Shown here: positions 1 through 14,302 of the stretch, one piece after another
Position numbering within the stretch: the first letter of the stretch is position 1
How the letters are laid out: each line of letters begins with the position of its first letter
Source: Chrysomallon squamiferum
Taxonomy: Eukaryota > Animalia > Mollusca
Reading direction: 5' to 3'
DNA: 64,000 nt
Assembly: GCA_012295275.1 (NCBI GenBank)
Contig: CM022669.1
Span: 8,246,001 to 8,310,000, forward strand
The notes under the pieces: generated by a model
Seen by the model: the letters and a program-made list of their open reading frames with translations, nothing else
Databases searched by the model: none
Told to the model about the DNA's origin: nothing
Position numbers and translations under genes: made by a program

Positions 1-3000
1 GGGTTTTTTTTATTTGGGTAATGACTTGTTTTCTTATCTGTGTAGAATTAGGATAAGAGTTCCTTTCGTGTGTGAATTGTTTATAGAACTTTTTAGAAAT
101 CTAAAAAGGATGTATATTTGTGTGTGGATGTACATTTCTGAATAGTTAGATATATGTGTGTGTGTGTGTGTGGGTGTATCTAACTTGTGAGAAAATAGTT
201 CTCACAGGATCATCATCATCATCATCATCATCATCTTATTCATCTGTTATCAGATGTTTATCGGTGCTGTAGCTGATGAGTGAGAGAGTGTGGTGTGGAT
301 GTCAGCATCACTTTGCCATGAAGTTGCACTCTCAACAGGCTGTCTCAGAAAAATGTGTCCATCTTCACCAGAAAATCTGATATTTTGTTTATCCCTGTCT
401 AACCACAGAAACAGACTCTGTGTGGTAGAGCACTTCGCTTGAACTAAGTATCATAGTCATTAGGATCAGTCCTTGAAGGAGTACCTTTACTGTTATTTCC
501 AGTTAGAATAATTCCTTTATGATTAACATATAAAAGAACTAAGATGTGTGCTGTCATATGTGATGTACAATTACTATCAACAACAATGCTGATGAACAGT
601 AATAACCTCTTAGTGAATTTCAGAAAAAGAGTTAATTCTGCAAATATTTCTGTTGTTTTTTCTTCAGCAACCTTTTTGAAAATCATTCTAAAATGCATAA
701 CAGTGATTATAGCAGAAAGACTAAGAAAATGGTTTCCTTACAATTCTTGAGGTCATAAATAAAGAAAATATTTTATTACATAGAATTATTCTATATATAT
801 ATATATATGCTCATACCTTATTTATACCACCATTCATGATGATATACAATATGATATATGTATATATATACATGTATATAAAATGTATTTATTTCATCTG
901 CATACAGATTAGTTCTTGTTAACACAGTTGGTTATTTTTAATAATCTGTTTCCATGTTCTTCATCTTATCTCTGTTTGTGAATATTCTGGCAGTTCTGAG
1001 AATATATATGTATTTCTTGATTGGTAATAATTCTGCGAAATAAAGTGCTGCGACGTAATTTTACAACTTGAAGATAAATGTTAAGATAAATGTAATTATA
1101 TCTGGAGCTGTAAATTCTTGTAACAAGACTGGATATGTCATCTTCATTCATTTCCAGTTTAGTGTATGTAATTTATTTTCTAAAATGTGCACATCTCATT
1201 TTAAGTATAGTATGTACATATGTCTGTCAGTGTTTGGCTGATATGTAGAAAACTATGTCTGTGTATATGACATACACAAGGTATAAGCTACATCATCTCA
1301 CTAGATGATAAAAAACACATAAAATTTAAATTAAAATTTTTTCTCTGGTCTAACAAACTAATGGAAGATAAAAAAATCCTGGTCAAGAAGATATGACAAA
1401 GATGGTTAGATGAGAATGAAGCTGGCATCAGGTCAGGGATGGTCAGCTGTGTTTAATACGAGACGTATGACATGACTGCGAGATTAATATCTGCATGCCG
1501 CTGCATACAAACAAGGTATGTGTCACTTTGTGCTCCACTCAGCTTGTACAGACTCTGCGGAATGCCAGTGGCAGCTTCATGTTTTGAATACTAATAATAC
1601 GCATTCCTGTTTATATCAGCCTTATTTCATGTAGTCATTAATATCTGTCATTTCTTGTACTGTTCAGAATGAAGGAATAAATGGACATTTGTTTAATATA
1701 ATTTTTTTTTGTATTTTAATACTAACAGGTATTAAATTTTAGAAATATTGTGATCTTATAAAAGCACAACCATGCTTCTACCATTCAGTGGTTTCTTTTA
1801 TCAGTTAACAGCAATGGACATTTAAAATGGAATTATCTAAAGACAGGATAGCACCTACCGTTAACTTTCACAGATCTAGCACAATGTGTGTGAACCAAGG
1901 GAAAATTGATGCTGTTACCAGCTATTCTTGAAATAAATCCACTAACCAATGAGTCAGATTTTTGTATGGATGAAATTGTTTTGTCAATATTTAGCAGATA
2001 CACAATACTCTGAAACCAGACTACACACATATTATTTGCAATCTTGTATCTTTCTCCAACAAAATGGCAGATGTAATGCTTTTTTGATATCATTAAATAT
2101 TAATTTTAACTGTGCTGTGAAAAGTTTATAAAGATATTTGAAAAGGTCATAATCATTGAATTTTCTTTTTTTTATATTTTAAAAAAAATTAGGCAGAATT
2201 CCATTACTTAATAATAATAATAATAGAAAATAATAAAAAATTTAAAAAAAATTTTTTATGAACCAGTGTAATCAAACAGGATCAAACGTTAGCCTTTTAA
2301 TACTGTTTCATTTTTTTAAAAGAAGAGGTAAAGATTGTTTTTTGAAGTTTACATTTTAACAGTGATAGAAATATATATATATATTTTTTTGTATATGTTT
2401 ATCTGTTACTATCTTATAAGACTGTGACCATGTACAGAATCAGTTAAAATCTGTCTGCTTTTTTCTGTTACAGAAGTCTAATCTTCATAAAACCTTCTTT
2501 AGCTTGGATACTGTACATGATATTAACACTATCGTTTTACAGTGCTTACCCAGAGTAAATATATAAAATATATTACATGTGTATTAAATATGCAAATTAC
2601 CAGTGTGACTAATGATGATAAAAATAAAATACTGATATAAAATAAGAATTTATTGTCTATGTTAAAGCTGATTCCAGTTATTAATTTTTACCAACTGACC
2701 ACATTAAATCTTTAATGATATCTGTTTACCAAAACAAGTAAACTGATATTTAAAATAAAATATCATAACTCTGACTGTGACTGAAGATGTTACTAGAAAC
2801 TATATAATTTTACATATGTAAAATTAATTAATCCTTCTTCTCTGTATTTTTCTGTATTTAATTTATTTTAAATTTAACAAAGCAAATTATGATCTCACTT
2901 AATTCAGTAACTGTCTGATTAACAATAAATTTATATTTATATTAAACTACCACTGGTTGAATATGAATAATTATTACACATCAGGTTAACAACAAAAAGC

Positions 3001-4054
3001 TAAGACAAAAAAATCTGAGAGAGAAAAAAACTCACTACCTTTACATTTCAGAGATTAAAAGAGCTGTTTCTTAATATTTTTATCGCTGTTTCTTTATCTA
3101 GTGTTTATTTCTTTGAAGTTTGCTGTGTGACACTTTATGTGTCAAATATAAATTTGTTGCTAGCTTTACAACTTGCAATTTTCCAGCCTTAAAAAAGCGT
3201 TTCTCTTTGCTAACCTTGTCTCATGTTTACAGTCTATAAAGCTGATAAGTGGTGTCGAGGGGACACACAAATAAAATTACTTTTCACAGTTTACGTCCCG
3301 AAATTGTTTTCTTCTCGTCACAGAATGTGTTTTTGTTATCTCTGGCAGTAATAAATTATTATTGCCTTCGTTTTCTTTTCTTCTTGTTCATCTCTTAAAT
3401 TTCACATTAACTGTCGCCAGTCCACGATGGAAATTGTCATATATCGAGAACAGCAACATCAGCAGCTACAACAACAGCAACAGAATGATAGATAATAAGA
3501 GAATAAATAAAAATAAGATAAAAATGTAACAACAACAATAACAACGACAACAACAACAACAACAGCAACAACAACAACAACAACAATAATAATAAAAGAA
3601 AAAGGAAAAAAAAAAAAAATCTGTTTTCGTTTTACAAATATGGCCAGCCACTTTCTGCATTGACTCGTGAAATTAACATGCCTGGTCTGAGTGTACGAAA
3701 CTCTGTTATGCAGACGTCTTTAAGCAGGTGTCAGGTAATTTATTGAGTTCCTGCAGTCAGTGAACTGAGACCATACAAAGATGTATTGAATAAATGAACG
3801 AAAAGACCTGGGCCGTGTCCACTGAATGAATCGCACACACACCCCAACCCTCATGGTAATGCTGATGTGGTTTTTCACCCAGTGGTGTCACTGATCTGCA
3901 CGCTAGATGATCTCACACCGGTCTTTGTGGTCAGTGTGGCCTCGCTGTGGTTTGGTTGTGGCCAGTCAGTGCAGAAAGTGTAACACACAGGTGTTGTGAT
4001 ACACAGACATGCAGAAATGGCTTTTTTTTATATCTTTTTAAGTGTTAAGTGGAA

Positions 4055-4225
4055 ATACTGTTAAAAGAAATCTTGATTGTGTTGTTAAAAGAAACCTTGC
4101 TTATGATGTTAGAATTGGACTTGATTAAGTTGTTAAAATTGGTCTTGGTTGTGTAGTTAAAATTGGACTTGGTTGTGTAGTTAAAACTGGATTTAACAGT
4201 GTTGTTAAAACAAAGACTTGACTCT
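4055..4225. repeat. Degenerate minisatellite, unit about 23 bp
   Basis: Recurrent (gg)acttg(g/a)ttgtgt(a/t)gttaaaa units. Confidence 0.7.
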
Positions 4226-4796
4226 CTTGTTTGTGTGTTAAAGCCTAGCTAAAATTTAAATGGTTAAAACAAAACTTTGAAAAGGGTAATTAAAAATGAT
4301 TTTTTAACTTGAATTATGTCTTTCATGATAATAAAAAAAAAAGATTTACCCTGGGGTTAAAAAACGCACAACTCAGGCCTCAAACCATGCTTAATTCTTC
4401 TTCTGAAATAGTTTATGACTTTGGTTTGTTTTCTAAAGTTGTCAAGAAAACTTGTTTTGACAGCAGTTTTATATCAGCCTGTCATGTACGTTCTGTGACT
4501 CAATCTTAGTCATATCCTGGCTTTGATGGAAGGAACCTTAGTCCTGTGGTTAGACTAGTTGAGTTCAGCCTTCCTTTGTGTACCCAGTGTATTCTGTTTC
4601 CTGTTCTAGTAATGCTCTGTGACTAGCATCCAGTATTACCAGGTTTTTTAATGAACATATTAATAGTTGGTGTCTTTGGGAAGGTGCGTTTAGAAAATTA
4701 TTTGCTGCGAATTGATAAGAATTGACAAAAGTGTTTAATTTATGTTATAATGTCAAGATAGATAAAAAGATTTTACATTTAATAATTTTTAAGAAT

Positions 4797-4925
4797 TTAT
4801 TTTCTTTTCACATATTGACAGCTAATCAATGCTTCAGTTAAAACTTGTAAAGTTCTTTTTTTAACCTCTCTGATGTGCAACACAACATTTTTGATAATCT
4901 TGTTTTTTTATAATATTGAATTTTT
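4797..4925 (+). repeat. Dispersed repeat, copy 1 (copy 2 at 11359-11505)
   Basis: 52 bp identical (ttattttcttttcacatattgacagctaatcaatgcttcagttaaaacttgt), followed by further similarity (acctctctgatg, ataatcttg, attgaa). Confidence 0.85.
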
Positions 4926-5592
4926 CAGTTTTATATACGTTTCTAACAAACCAACCATTCATTCTCTTCAGTTAATCTATTTCATTTTTAATAAAGACTT
5001 TAACAACATCAATCTGTCACACAATGTGGTCTGCACTTTCACCAAACTCCTCATCATCACATCTTGATGCAACGGTTACTATTACTATCACCAAAGAGTT
5101 CCACTCCTTTCACCTTCACAACATTAATTAACGAAGCTCTAATTAATTCCGCAAACACAAATATATATAAATTTATTTTCCCTTTCAACTTGTGCATATC
5201 GTGTGACAAACTGTTACAGCTGACACTCATCCATCTTGCTTGCACCTTTTGAAGTTAGAGATCTCGTGTCACTGTGTGGTTAGTCAGCACTGCAGTCCAC
5301 TGGCAAAACTGTCAAATCTGACTGATGAGCACGTCATACACAAATGATGTATTGCTAATATGCTTCCGTTTTTCTTACCTCCAGTCCTGGGTGAAGTAAG
5401 TTCTCAATGATAAAAGGCTATTTTTTGTCTACTAATGTGCATTGCGTGTTTGCATTTGCCAGAAAAGAGAGAGAAAAAAAAAGGAAACCTCTTATGATTT
5501 TGTGAATGAAAGAAGAAAAAAATTATTCCTGTCAATGATTAAATAAAAGTATGTGCACATGCATGCACACACATATGTATCCAAACATTCAT

Positions 5593-5629
<37 letters not shown>

Positions 5630-5939
5630 AAAGTAAAAACAAACAAACATATAGTCATTATACTAGGAACACTAGGAAAAAAATATACATTATATCATGA
5701 CTTGTTTCTGTTTTCTAGAATTAGTAAGACACACAAGGTCTAAGAATGGTCAAGACATTGTATTATAAACCATTCTGTACAAACCCTGTACTGAGACCAT
5801 TAGACAAAGAATGTATATGGACATGGTAACAAATATACAACTTGTGTTTTAATACTGTTAAAAATTATCCATCCATACAGTCCACTGTATATCTCAACCT
5901 GTGTTTGAGCATTCTTTATAATTGTATTATTGAAACAAC

Positions 5940-6112
5940 CACACAGTCTGTGTAAAAATACAGAAACAATCTGGACATGATGAAGACATTGTAACAAGAA
6001 AGATGCAACATTATTTTTGATTCTATTACTGAAACGCCCATACAGTGTGTTGTCTCTGGATACAGAACCAGTCTGGACATGATGAAGACATTGCAACAAG
6101 GAAGATGTAACT
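5940..6112. repeat. Diverged tandem duplication, period about 102 bp
   Basis: atacagaa.ca.tctggacatgatgaagacattg.aacaag.aagatg.aac occurs twice; this explains the repeated peptide in ORF 5800..6183. Confidence 0.8.
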
Positions 6113-7261
6113 CTTGACCTTCTGATTGTGTTCAGTTTATTTGTGTGGCTCTTTGATTGTTGAACTTCTCTGCTGTAGTACATCCCTGTCTACAAAGCAA
6201 GGGAGGTTCCAGGTGTGAGAAGACATCTCATCTCCCACCTGCCAGCCTCTGTTTATATAGGTCACACGTAATTCTTAAATGTCTTGTAGTCACAGACAGC
6301 ATTCAGTTCTGAAACATGTTCGTAGTTCTAGATCCACTTTCACACTGATCTTCATATTTAGTTTCAGTTTTACAATGTCTAAAATGTCCCTCTCACAGTG
6401 CTAATGAATATTCTAAATATATTGTGTGTATTTTCATGTGATTGTTTCATTTTAATGTTGTTGTTTTTTTCCTTTTTTTTTTTTTCTTGAAGTATAGCTA
6501 ATATTAGCTATTTTTCTTTTATTCTTCACAGTGATTGTTTTGTTTCATTCTTAACATACTATTACTATTTTGTTTCTTATTAAATTTTGTGCACATCCAT
6601 CGATGTTCATATTCACTACTGAACCCTAATGTTTGCTAATAACAAAGGATGATGGTCCTGTACCAAAACCATATTGATTCAGGGCATCTGCCAATTTTAT
6701 TTCTCTGCTATGCATGATGACATCCTACACTGAAATATGCAAAGAACTAAATAATTGATGAGACATCAGATTATGTCAACTTTGCCAATGATTTACACTT
6801 CATCTTTTATTTGACTTTTACAAAGTTTGTCTGTGTCCAAACAATTATCTTTCTGGTAATACAATACTCCATGACTCTGTATTAAATTTTAAAATTTATT
6901 GACTGCTGGTCTGTTGGGATGTGTGGTGTGATTATTGGATTTTTGCCTCAGAGTATGAAGTTTTTTCTGTGAGTCTCACTCTGTGAATAGGTAAGGGTGT
7001 TTGTGAGCAATTGATTTAATTTGCTGTGAGCAGAGAGCAGACATGATTTCTGATTGACGTGGAATGAGTTGAAAATGCTGATATTATTTGTAAAATAAAA
7101 AAAAAAAAGAAAAAATGTAATAACAGGAGGAAATAAAATAACAGATAAAAAGAAATAACAGATACGTCAAGAAGCCAGATTATTGAATAAAAGAGAAAAA
7201 AGAGAAAAAAAAAAAATAAAATAAAATAAAAGGTTGTGAAACAAATTCACTCACACATACA

Positions 7262-7273
7262 ACACACACACAC

Positions 7274-7349
<76 letters not shown>
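7262..7349. repeat. (CA)n microsatellite
   Basis: Direct reading. Confidence 0.95.
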
Positions 7350-7351
<2 letters not shown>

Positions 7352-8520
7352 TGGCATACGTACAGAAGCTATACATCAATCTGATTATTATGAACATTTC
7401 AAAGAGGGAAAGCTAGTGAAGCTGAAGAGCCAGGCCAGGTTTGTCAACATGTTGTAAAGCATTTAGTTCTAGCACTACATAAATGTTTATAGTTTTATTG
7501 GGCTGCACTGACTCTGCCTCATTTTACAATTATTAAAACAATTCTAAGTTGTTGACTCAGCTGCAGTGCTGCTGTTCCAGCACAAGCTATTTTCATCTTT
7601 CCTGATTGCAGCCACATCATAGTTAATGGTGTGATGGCCAACATGGTTCCATTCCCCATCACTGGTGTCTGTCTGTGCATTACTGAATTGGAAAGAAATG
7701 GTAGTTTATTGCTGATGGAGGGGGAAAATGGAAGGAGTCCAAGGAGGAACAAGGAAAGGAAAATAGGAAGGCCGAAAGAAAACACAGAAATACAATAGAC
7801 ACAGAGAAAGATGTATATAAAAATAAACATACATAGAAACATAAATATAGAGAATTAGTAACAGATGCAGGCAAATGAGATAGTTCATGAGAGAGAATGA
7901 AAAATGAACAAATATAATTATATATTCAGAGAGAAAAGAAGACTTAGATACATAGAATGACAGACAAACAGACAACTAGGTACAGATTAATAGATACAGA
8001 AAGGGATATACAGAGTGTTAGAAAACTGTAGAGAAATGAACACAGAGAGAGTGATAGATGAATAATGATGTAGGGACAGAAAAAAAAATATAATTATTTA
8101 TTTATGATAAATTAGACATTAATTTATCTTAATTTAATTTAGTGTAATTTAATTATTGTAACATTTCTACACCAGTCTTATTTATCAGCTTATCTGCAAG
8201 CAAATCAGGCATTCACTTTGGCACTCACTAAAAATATAACTCCAGGCCAACATTCCATTGGTCAGTTCAACCCAAACTGTTCAGACTGCAAGATCTCTGG
8301 CTGTCAGATTTGATGAGATGTGTAAAGAGAATGTGTCCATCCTGTTATGACTTCACTTGGCTTGCTGAAGGGCAGAAAGCAGAACATTTGTATTCATATC
8401 CAAACTGAAGAGTTCTTCCCTGATAACTGGCACTCCATTAGTCAGTACTGGCTGCTCTCATTGTCAGGGATGTCAGTCATTTCAATGAAGGAATCTTGTT
8501 CAAGAAAGTGTTCCTGGTAG

Positions 8521-8558
<38 letters not shown>

Positions 8559-10663
8559 TGTGTATGAGAGAGAGAGAAAGAGAAAGAGAGCAAGAGACAG
8601 GGAGACTGAGAAAGAAAGAGAGAGAGAGATTGTGAGAGTGAATGAATGTATGTGTCTGATTCTGTATATATGTATTTGTTCCTGTGGTTATGTGTGTATT
8701 TCTATGTTCATGTATATATCTGACTGTGTGTATATGGGTATGAGTATACAGATATTCTATAAAGAATTAAGGAAAAAGAGAAATGACTGATCCCCATTAC
8801 ATTCCTAAGCAACTTTATTTCTTGAAGTTTTCTTCTTTTGGAATAAGTAATGGTTTTTCAAAAGAAACCAAACTATATTTTGTGTGATTGATTTAAATAA
8901 AAATTATTATTTCATTCTCATGAATTTATTTTAATCATTTATTTTATTTTATTTCAAAAAAAAAAGAAAAAAAGTTATTTCCTGAATGGTTTTTGTAGAA
9001 GAAATCTTGTTCATTTCCTTGCCAAAACTTTTTTTCAGGTGTCAATAATACCTTGAATTACTGAACTAAAAAACCTGGAGAAAACCTATTTTTATTCTAT
9101 TTGTAGTTACAGACTATTATTTATTTCTTTATTTTTTTTTTTTGTCTCTTTATTGAATAACTACACACAAAGAATGACATTATTAGATTATTTGGTGTTC
9201 TGTTTCAGACATTAAAGATCATTTTTTTGAAAGTCAGTTCTAAAAAAACTTATTTCAGTTTATCATCTTTGGTTAGAGGTGTTAAAGATATTTTATACTT
9301 TAAAAAGCTTTTATTATCTTTCCATTTTGTTTCTGCTTTTTTATATATACAAATATTCATGGTAGTGTTTCCTTAAGTTCTTTGAATAAAACAATTCTCT
9401 ATGTTTTTCAACACAAGTTAAAATCAGTCGAGATGTAATTAATTTAAATTTTTTTAAAGTTGTACTGTTATCATTAACTATTTATTAATTAATTTATTTA
9501 CCTATATATTTATTTTTACATTTACTATTATTATTTGTTTAAAAATATAAATACGATATTATACTAGCAATACTAATAATTAAACCATATTGACACTGAA
9601 GATAATATGTATGAATAGTTTTTCCATTTTGTTCCATTGATCCTGAAATGGGCAGTGGCTTGTACCACCACTTTGAGACTTTGGAAGACAGATGTATGCA
9701 CTGCACTGGGCAGATCCTGCTGAATACTTTTTCTTCTTATTTTTTTTCTCTGTAAATGCTGTTTTTAGTTCTTCTATTTCTTCTTCTTTCTTCATCTTCT
9801 TCTTTTTGACATCATCATCATCACGTCTTCTTAAAATGTAACCGGTGTGTTCATTAGCAGTGATTTTGAACCTGTCTTGCTGTGGAACTCTGGGAAGGAA
9901 GGACACTCTGGGGTTGAATGTGACACTTTGAGTGATAGGTCAAAGCCCAGGATTTCCTGCTACCACATCATCCATAACAACCACAGTTTTTAATTAAACA
10001 CAGTCAAAGCCTCTGAGGGATCATTTTTGTTTTGGCTGTAGTTCAAACAACAAAATAAATACGGTTTTCATTGCTTTTCAGTTTTGATGAAACCAACAGA
10101 ACCCTGTTTTGAAGAACTGAACATAATCTAGAATTGTTTTCAACCTTCTTTTAATGATCAAACTGTTTTGGTTTTTTTTTCTTCATTTTTTAGAAAAATA
10201 ACAGAATCTTCATTTTGAAGAACTGAACCAAGTTTTCAGGTGCCAGTGATTAAATATTAACTATTGTTCCAAGGAGTTTATTATTTCAAACAAAACAAGT
10301 TAATTTTGACTGAATATGTTAATATTTTTAATTATTGTTATAAACAGATACCAGTTTATGACAGAAATCATTGAATTTCTAAGATTTACTGCGACAACAA
10401 ATCACATTTGATGTGACAAGAATAATCTTTAAAAATGACTCACAGCTAGTTTGTATATGGATTAAAATGACTTAAATTTCTTTTGTTGTTGTTCAAAATA
10501 CATTACAGTGCTTTGAAGTATTTTTGTAAGATGTATTTTTAAAATTTATGTATTTGTATTTTTATCTTTATAAAAGTGATCATCAGTTCAGGATTCAGAA
10601 TATTTTTCTAGATTTAAAATATAAATAAGCCTCTTAATTGATATAAAAATGAAAGGTAATTAT

Positions 10664-10975
10664 GTTTCCATAGCAACCTTTCTTCATCCACATTTTCACT
10701 TCCCCTTTTTCCATTTTCCTCTGCTAATTAATGCATTATAATAAAAAGAAAAACTTTTATTTCTATGACAACATTTCCTGCATATTGTTTTCATTTCCCT
10801 ATTTTTCCATTACTTCTTTACTAAAAAAAAAAAAAAAAAAAATAAAAAAAAAAATAATAAGAATAATTCTTATGTTCCTATGGCAACATTTTCTCATTTC
10901 CCGTTCGTCCCATACTTTCTGTAATATTCAGCACATACTGAACGGAGAAGGAAATGCTTTTGTTTCTATAGCAAC
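10664..10975. promoter_or_regulatory. Cluster of four RFX X-box-like palindromes
   Basis: GTTTCCATAGCAAC (10664), ATTTCTATGACAAC (10759), GTTCCTATGGCAAC (10874), GTTTCTATAGCAAC (10962); X-box consensus GTHNYYATRRNAAC. Function is inferred. Confidence 0.5.
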
Positions 10976-11280
10976 TGTTCCTCCTCTATCATTTTCACAT
11001 GTTTTCTACTTTCTTTCTTTCTTTTTTTTCATTTTTTTTCATCCTTTCTGGTGTCAATTAATCATGATGAAAGTTGTTATTTGTCATATTGGATTCTGTT
11101 GTCTCAGTGTCTGTATTGACGAGGCAAATAACAGGCTGACCCATGACACATTGAATGATGAGGGGCAGAAGCAAGAACCTCATTTGTCCCAGTGCAGAAC
11201 TGCCAATACCACACATCACTTGCAAAGCATTGTGGGGTTTTCCTGCATCCACTCAAAGTGGGTGAGGTGGTGGGGATGAA

Positions 11281-11326
<46 letters not shown>

Positions 11327-11358
11327 TGGTTTACGGCAAAGGGTTCGAAGGAGGTGAA

Positions 11359-11505
11359 TTATTTTCTTTTCACATATTGACAGCTAATCAATGCTTCAGT
11401 TAAAACTTGTGGGTTTGTCTTCTTGTTTACCTCTCTGATGAGTGAGATGACTTCTTTTTTTTTTTTTTTTAATAATAATCTTGTGTTTTATTACATTGAA
11501 ATATT
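11359..11505 (+). repeat. Dispersed repeat, copy 2 (copy 1 at 4797-4925)
   Basis: Same 52-bp identical core in the same orientation. Confidence 0.85.
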
Positions 11506-12077
11506 CAAGTAAAATGTCTATTCTGATTCTTTTAATAATTATAGTTCAGTATTTCTGAACACTTTAAATCAATATAAAATATCGCCAACTTTCTTTCTCA
11601 TTGTTTCTTCTTTCTTTATTTCTTTTTCTTTTCTTTCTCTCTGTCTTTCTCTCTGTCTGTTTCTGCCTGTCTGCGTATTCCTTTCTATTTGTCTAGCTTG
11701 GACAAAAACAATTTATCATCACATTTTAAGCAGATTTTTATCTTCTACTACATCTGTCTTGTACCATTCCAGTCAGAAGTAATTATGTTTTGTATTAAAC
11801 ATTGATTACAATAGCTGTGAATGATGCTGACCTTGTAACCTTTGTTTTATTGTGTAAACTGGAGTATTTTGTCAAAACAGCCCATCATAGTTGGTCCATT
11901 TGTTTTGAATTTGGCTGGCACCATTTCACCAAAATGATGTTGTTTCTGTACATACACTTCCAATACAGAACAGACACAAAACAGAATTTGTTTTTTGGAT
12001 ATTTTACAGGGATAGAGCCATCTTGAGACCATGTAGTAATTCTCAGTTTTGGTTTAGTGTTACTCCTACTAATTGAG

Positions 12078-12097
12078 TGTGTGTGTGTGTGTGTGTG

Positions 12098-12157
<60 letters not shown>
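12078..12157. repeat. (TG)n microsatellite
   Basis: Direct reading. Confidence 0.95.
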
Positions 12158-12159
<2 letters not shown>

Positions 12160-12957
12160 ATATTGCATGTGTTGGTATTTTATTTTTTACATCTGTTTTT
12201 ATACTTTCTATTTAAAGGGTATTTGCCAATGGGAGACTGTGTGCAATGTCTGTATGAATGTACATGCCTCTGCATATATTTATGCATGTATAACATGTCT
12301 CTATCAATCTGTCTATCTGCCTAGTTACTTAACTATCTTTGTATCATCTTTATACCTGTCTATCTGTCTTACTATTTATCGATATATATCCATATATGTT
12401 TCTCTAAAGTAGTAAATGTATAACTAACGACATGTGTCTCTATATCTCTCTATCTTTATATGTAAATTAAACCATCCTAACAGCATTCAGTTCTTCAGCT
12501 TTCAGTTTCCTCTTACATAATTCCTGATATTATATGCAGTCACAGAATCCTGATATTACCAAAAAAACTCAGAAGTAAATTGTTGATTTAGCCAATAATG
12601 GTGCTGACAGGCTGCCAACATATTTCTGATTGAGCAGGTGCAGACTTGTGTGTGTGTGTATGACAGGAATCGTTTGAGAAGGGCTGCCCTGCATGCATGT
12701 TAAATAAAACTGATTTATCTCTTACAGCAGGAAGACGTTGTAAGCTTTCTGGCATCAGAATAATTAGGAAGAAAATAAGAAGCATGAATTGAGTTTGATA
12801 TATCAGTTCTTTTCATTTTTTTCTTTGTTTTTTTCTTATACTTTGCAGATACAATCATGCATGCATGCATGCTCACACATATATACATATAGCTTACAGT
12901 ATTTGTCAGTGCTTGTTAGAATGACGTTTATGTTTGTTTATTTGCCAGTGTGCGTGC

Positions 12958-13022
<65 letters not shown>

Positions 13023-13361
13023 GAAGGCTAGAACTATATGAAGGTAGTATTCGAGTGAGTAAGTTTGTGGTATGACCTCAATTGTAACAACTATGGAGTA
13101 TGTGATACCACTCCATGCTAGACTAAGACAAATACCTCATCCTTGGCATTCTCTAATTACTGTGTCGTACTTCATTTCTTCTATCTACTAACATGCCTCC
13201 AATAAGAGAAGGTTTTGGGATTTTTTTACTTTGTGTTCTTTCCTTTTTTATTGTGATGTTTAATAAACAAAACAAAACAAGAACTGTGCGATATCTTCAG
13301 TGTTTCTTCTTTACTAACAAAATTATGAATTACAAATTTTATTTTTTGTTATAAAATGATG

Positions 13362-13480
13362 ACAGGAGAAAGAAACCAAGCTTTTCTTTATTGTTAGCAG
13401 TAAGGGATCATTTATGTGTGCCTTCTCATAAACTAGAAGTTATATGTTGCAGTTTTTGACAGTTGTTGGCTAGAACATGC
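13362..13480 (-). mobile_element. Degraded SINE fragment, same family as 18765-18977, reverse orientation
   Basis: ttagcagtaagggatcatttatgtgtgccttctcataaac is the approximate reverse complement of the SINE core. Confidence 0.5.
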
Positions 13481-14217
13481 AGTACTATATGTTACATGAA
13501 CAGAAGATGTTTTATGCATTATTCTTGAATTTTGTCCCTGAATTGGTGAGCCAAATCCCATTAATATAAATGAGTGCAGATTTCAACATCTCTTGTTTTT
13601 TGTTTTTTTTCCCTTTCATGAAAAGCTGTGAATGTAATTTCTTTTTCGAAGGAAAGAAAAAGGCAACACAGAAAACACCTCTGTACCACCTGGCTGGAAG
13701 TACCTTCATGAACCTCTAACGAAGGTGTGAAGAGATCACCAGGTGTTGGTTTTAAGTTGTTGTCCATCATCAGGGGATTTCCCCCCCCTCTCTGACATTT
13801 CTCTCTAAGTGCTGGTCTCCGAAATTCTTCTCTTTTCTTCTTCCCATTTTCACCATTTGATTTCTCTGTAAGTACAACAGTTTGAAATTCTTCTTCACCT
13901 GGTGCTCATCCACTTTATTGCTGCAGTCAGAGTCCAGGGATTCCAGCTGGACTTGATGTCCAGTTAAATACTGACCATTCTTCGCAGAACACAAATTCCT
14001 GTACCCATTGATTGTAGGTAGGGGATGAGTAAAAGCATTCTGATGTTGTAGAGAGATTCCTGCATGTGCTGATTCTAGGTGGGGGAGATGGGTCAAATGA
14101 TTCTCCAGTTGTCTTAGACATGTCTGATGGCATTTAGAAGCAGTGTGTGGTAGAGTAATTGATTAAACATTTCAAGTCTGAAGTTTTGTTTCATGACAGA
14201 TTTCAGTTAGTTTGATT

Positions 14218-14251
<34 letters not shown>

Positions 14252-14261
14252 TTATTTATTT

Positions 14262-14302
<41 letters not shown>

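Noticed and set aside
1381-1521. Possible first semaphorin exon ending at ACAAG|gtatgt
   Set aside because: The phase-1 frame needed to join exon A contains stop codons and encodes no signal peptide. It could at most be non-coding, which is unsupported.
3826-3998. Hydrophobic stretch resembling a signal peptide
   Set aside because: The hydrophobic frame ends in TAA before any donor, and no ATG-to-phase-1-donor combination was found.
5800-6183. 127-aa minus-strand ORF with repeated LLQCLHHVQ
   Set aside because: Explained by a 102-bp DNA tandem duplication; no recognisable domain.
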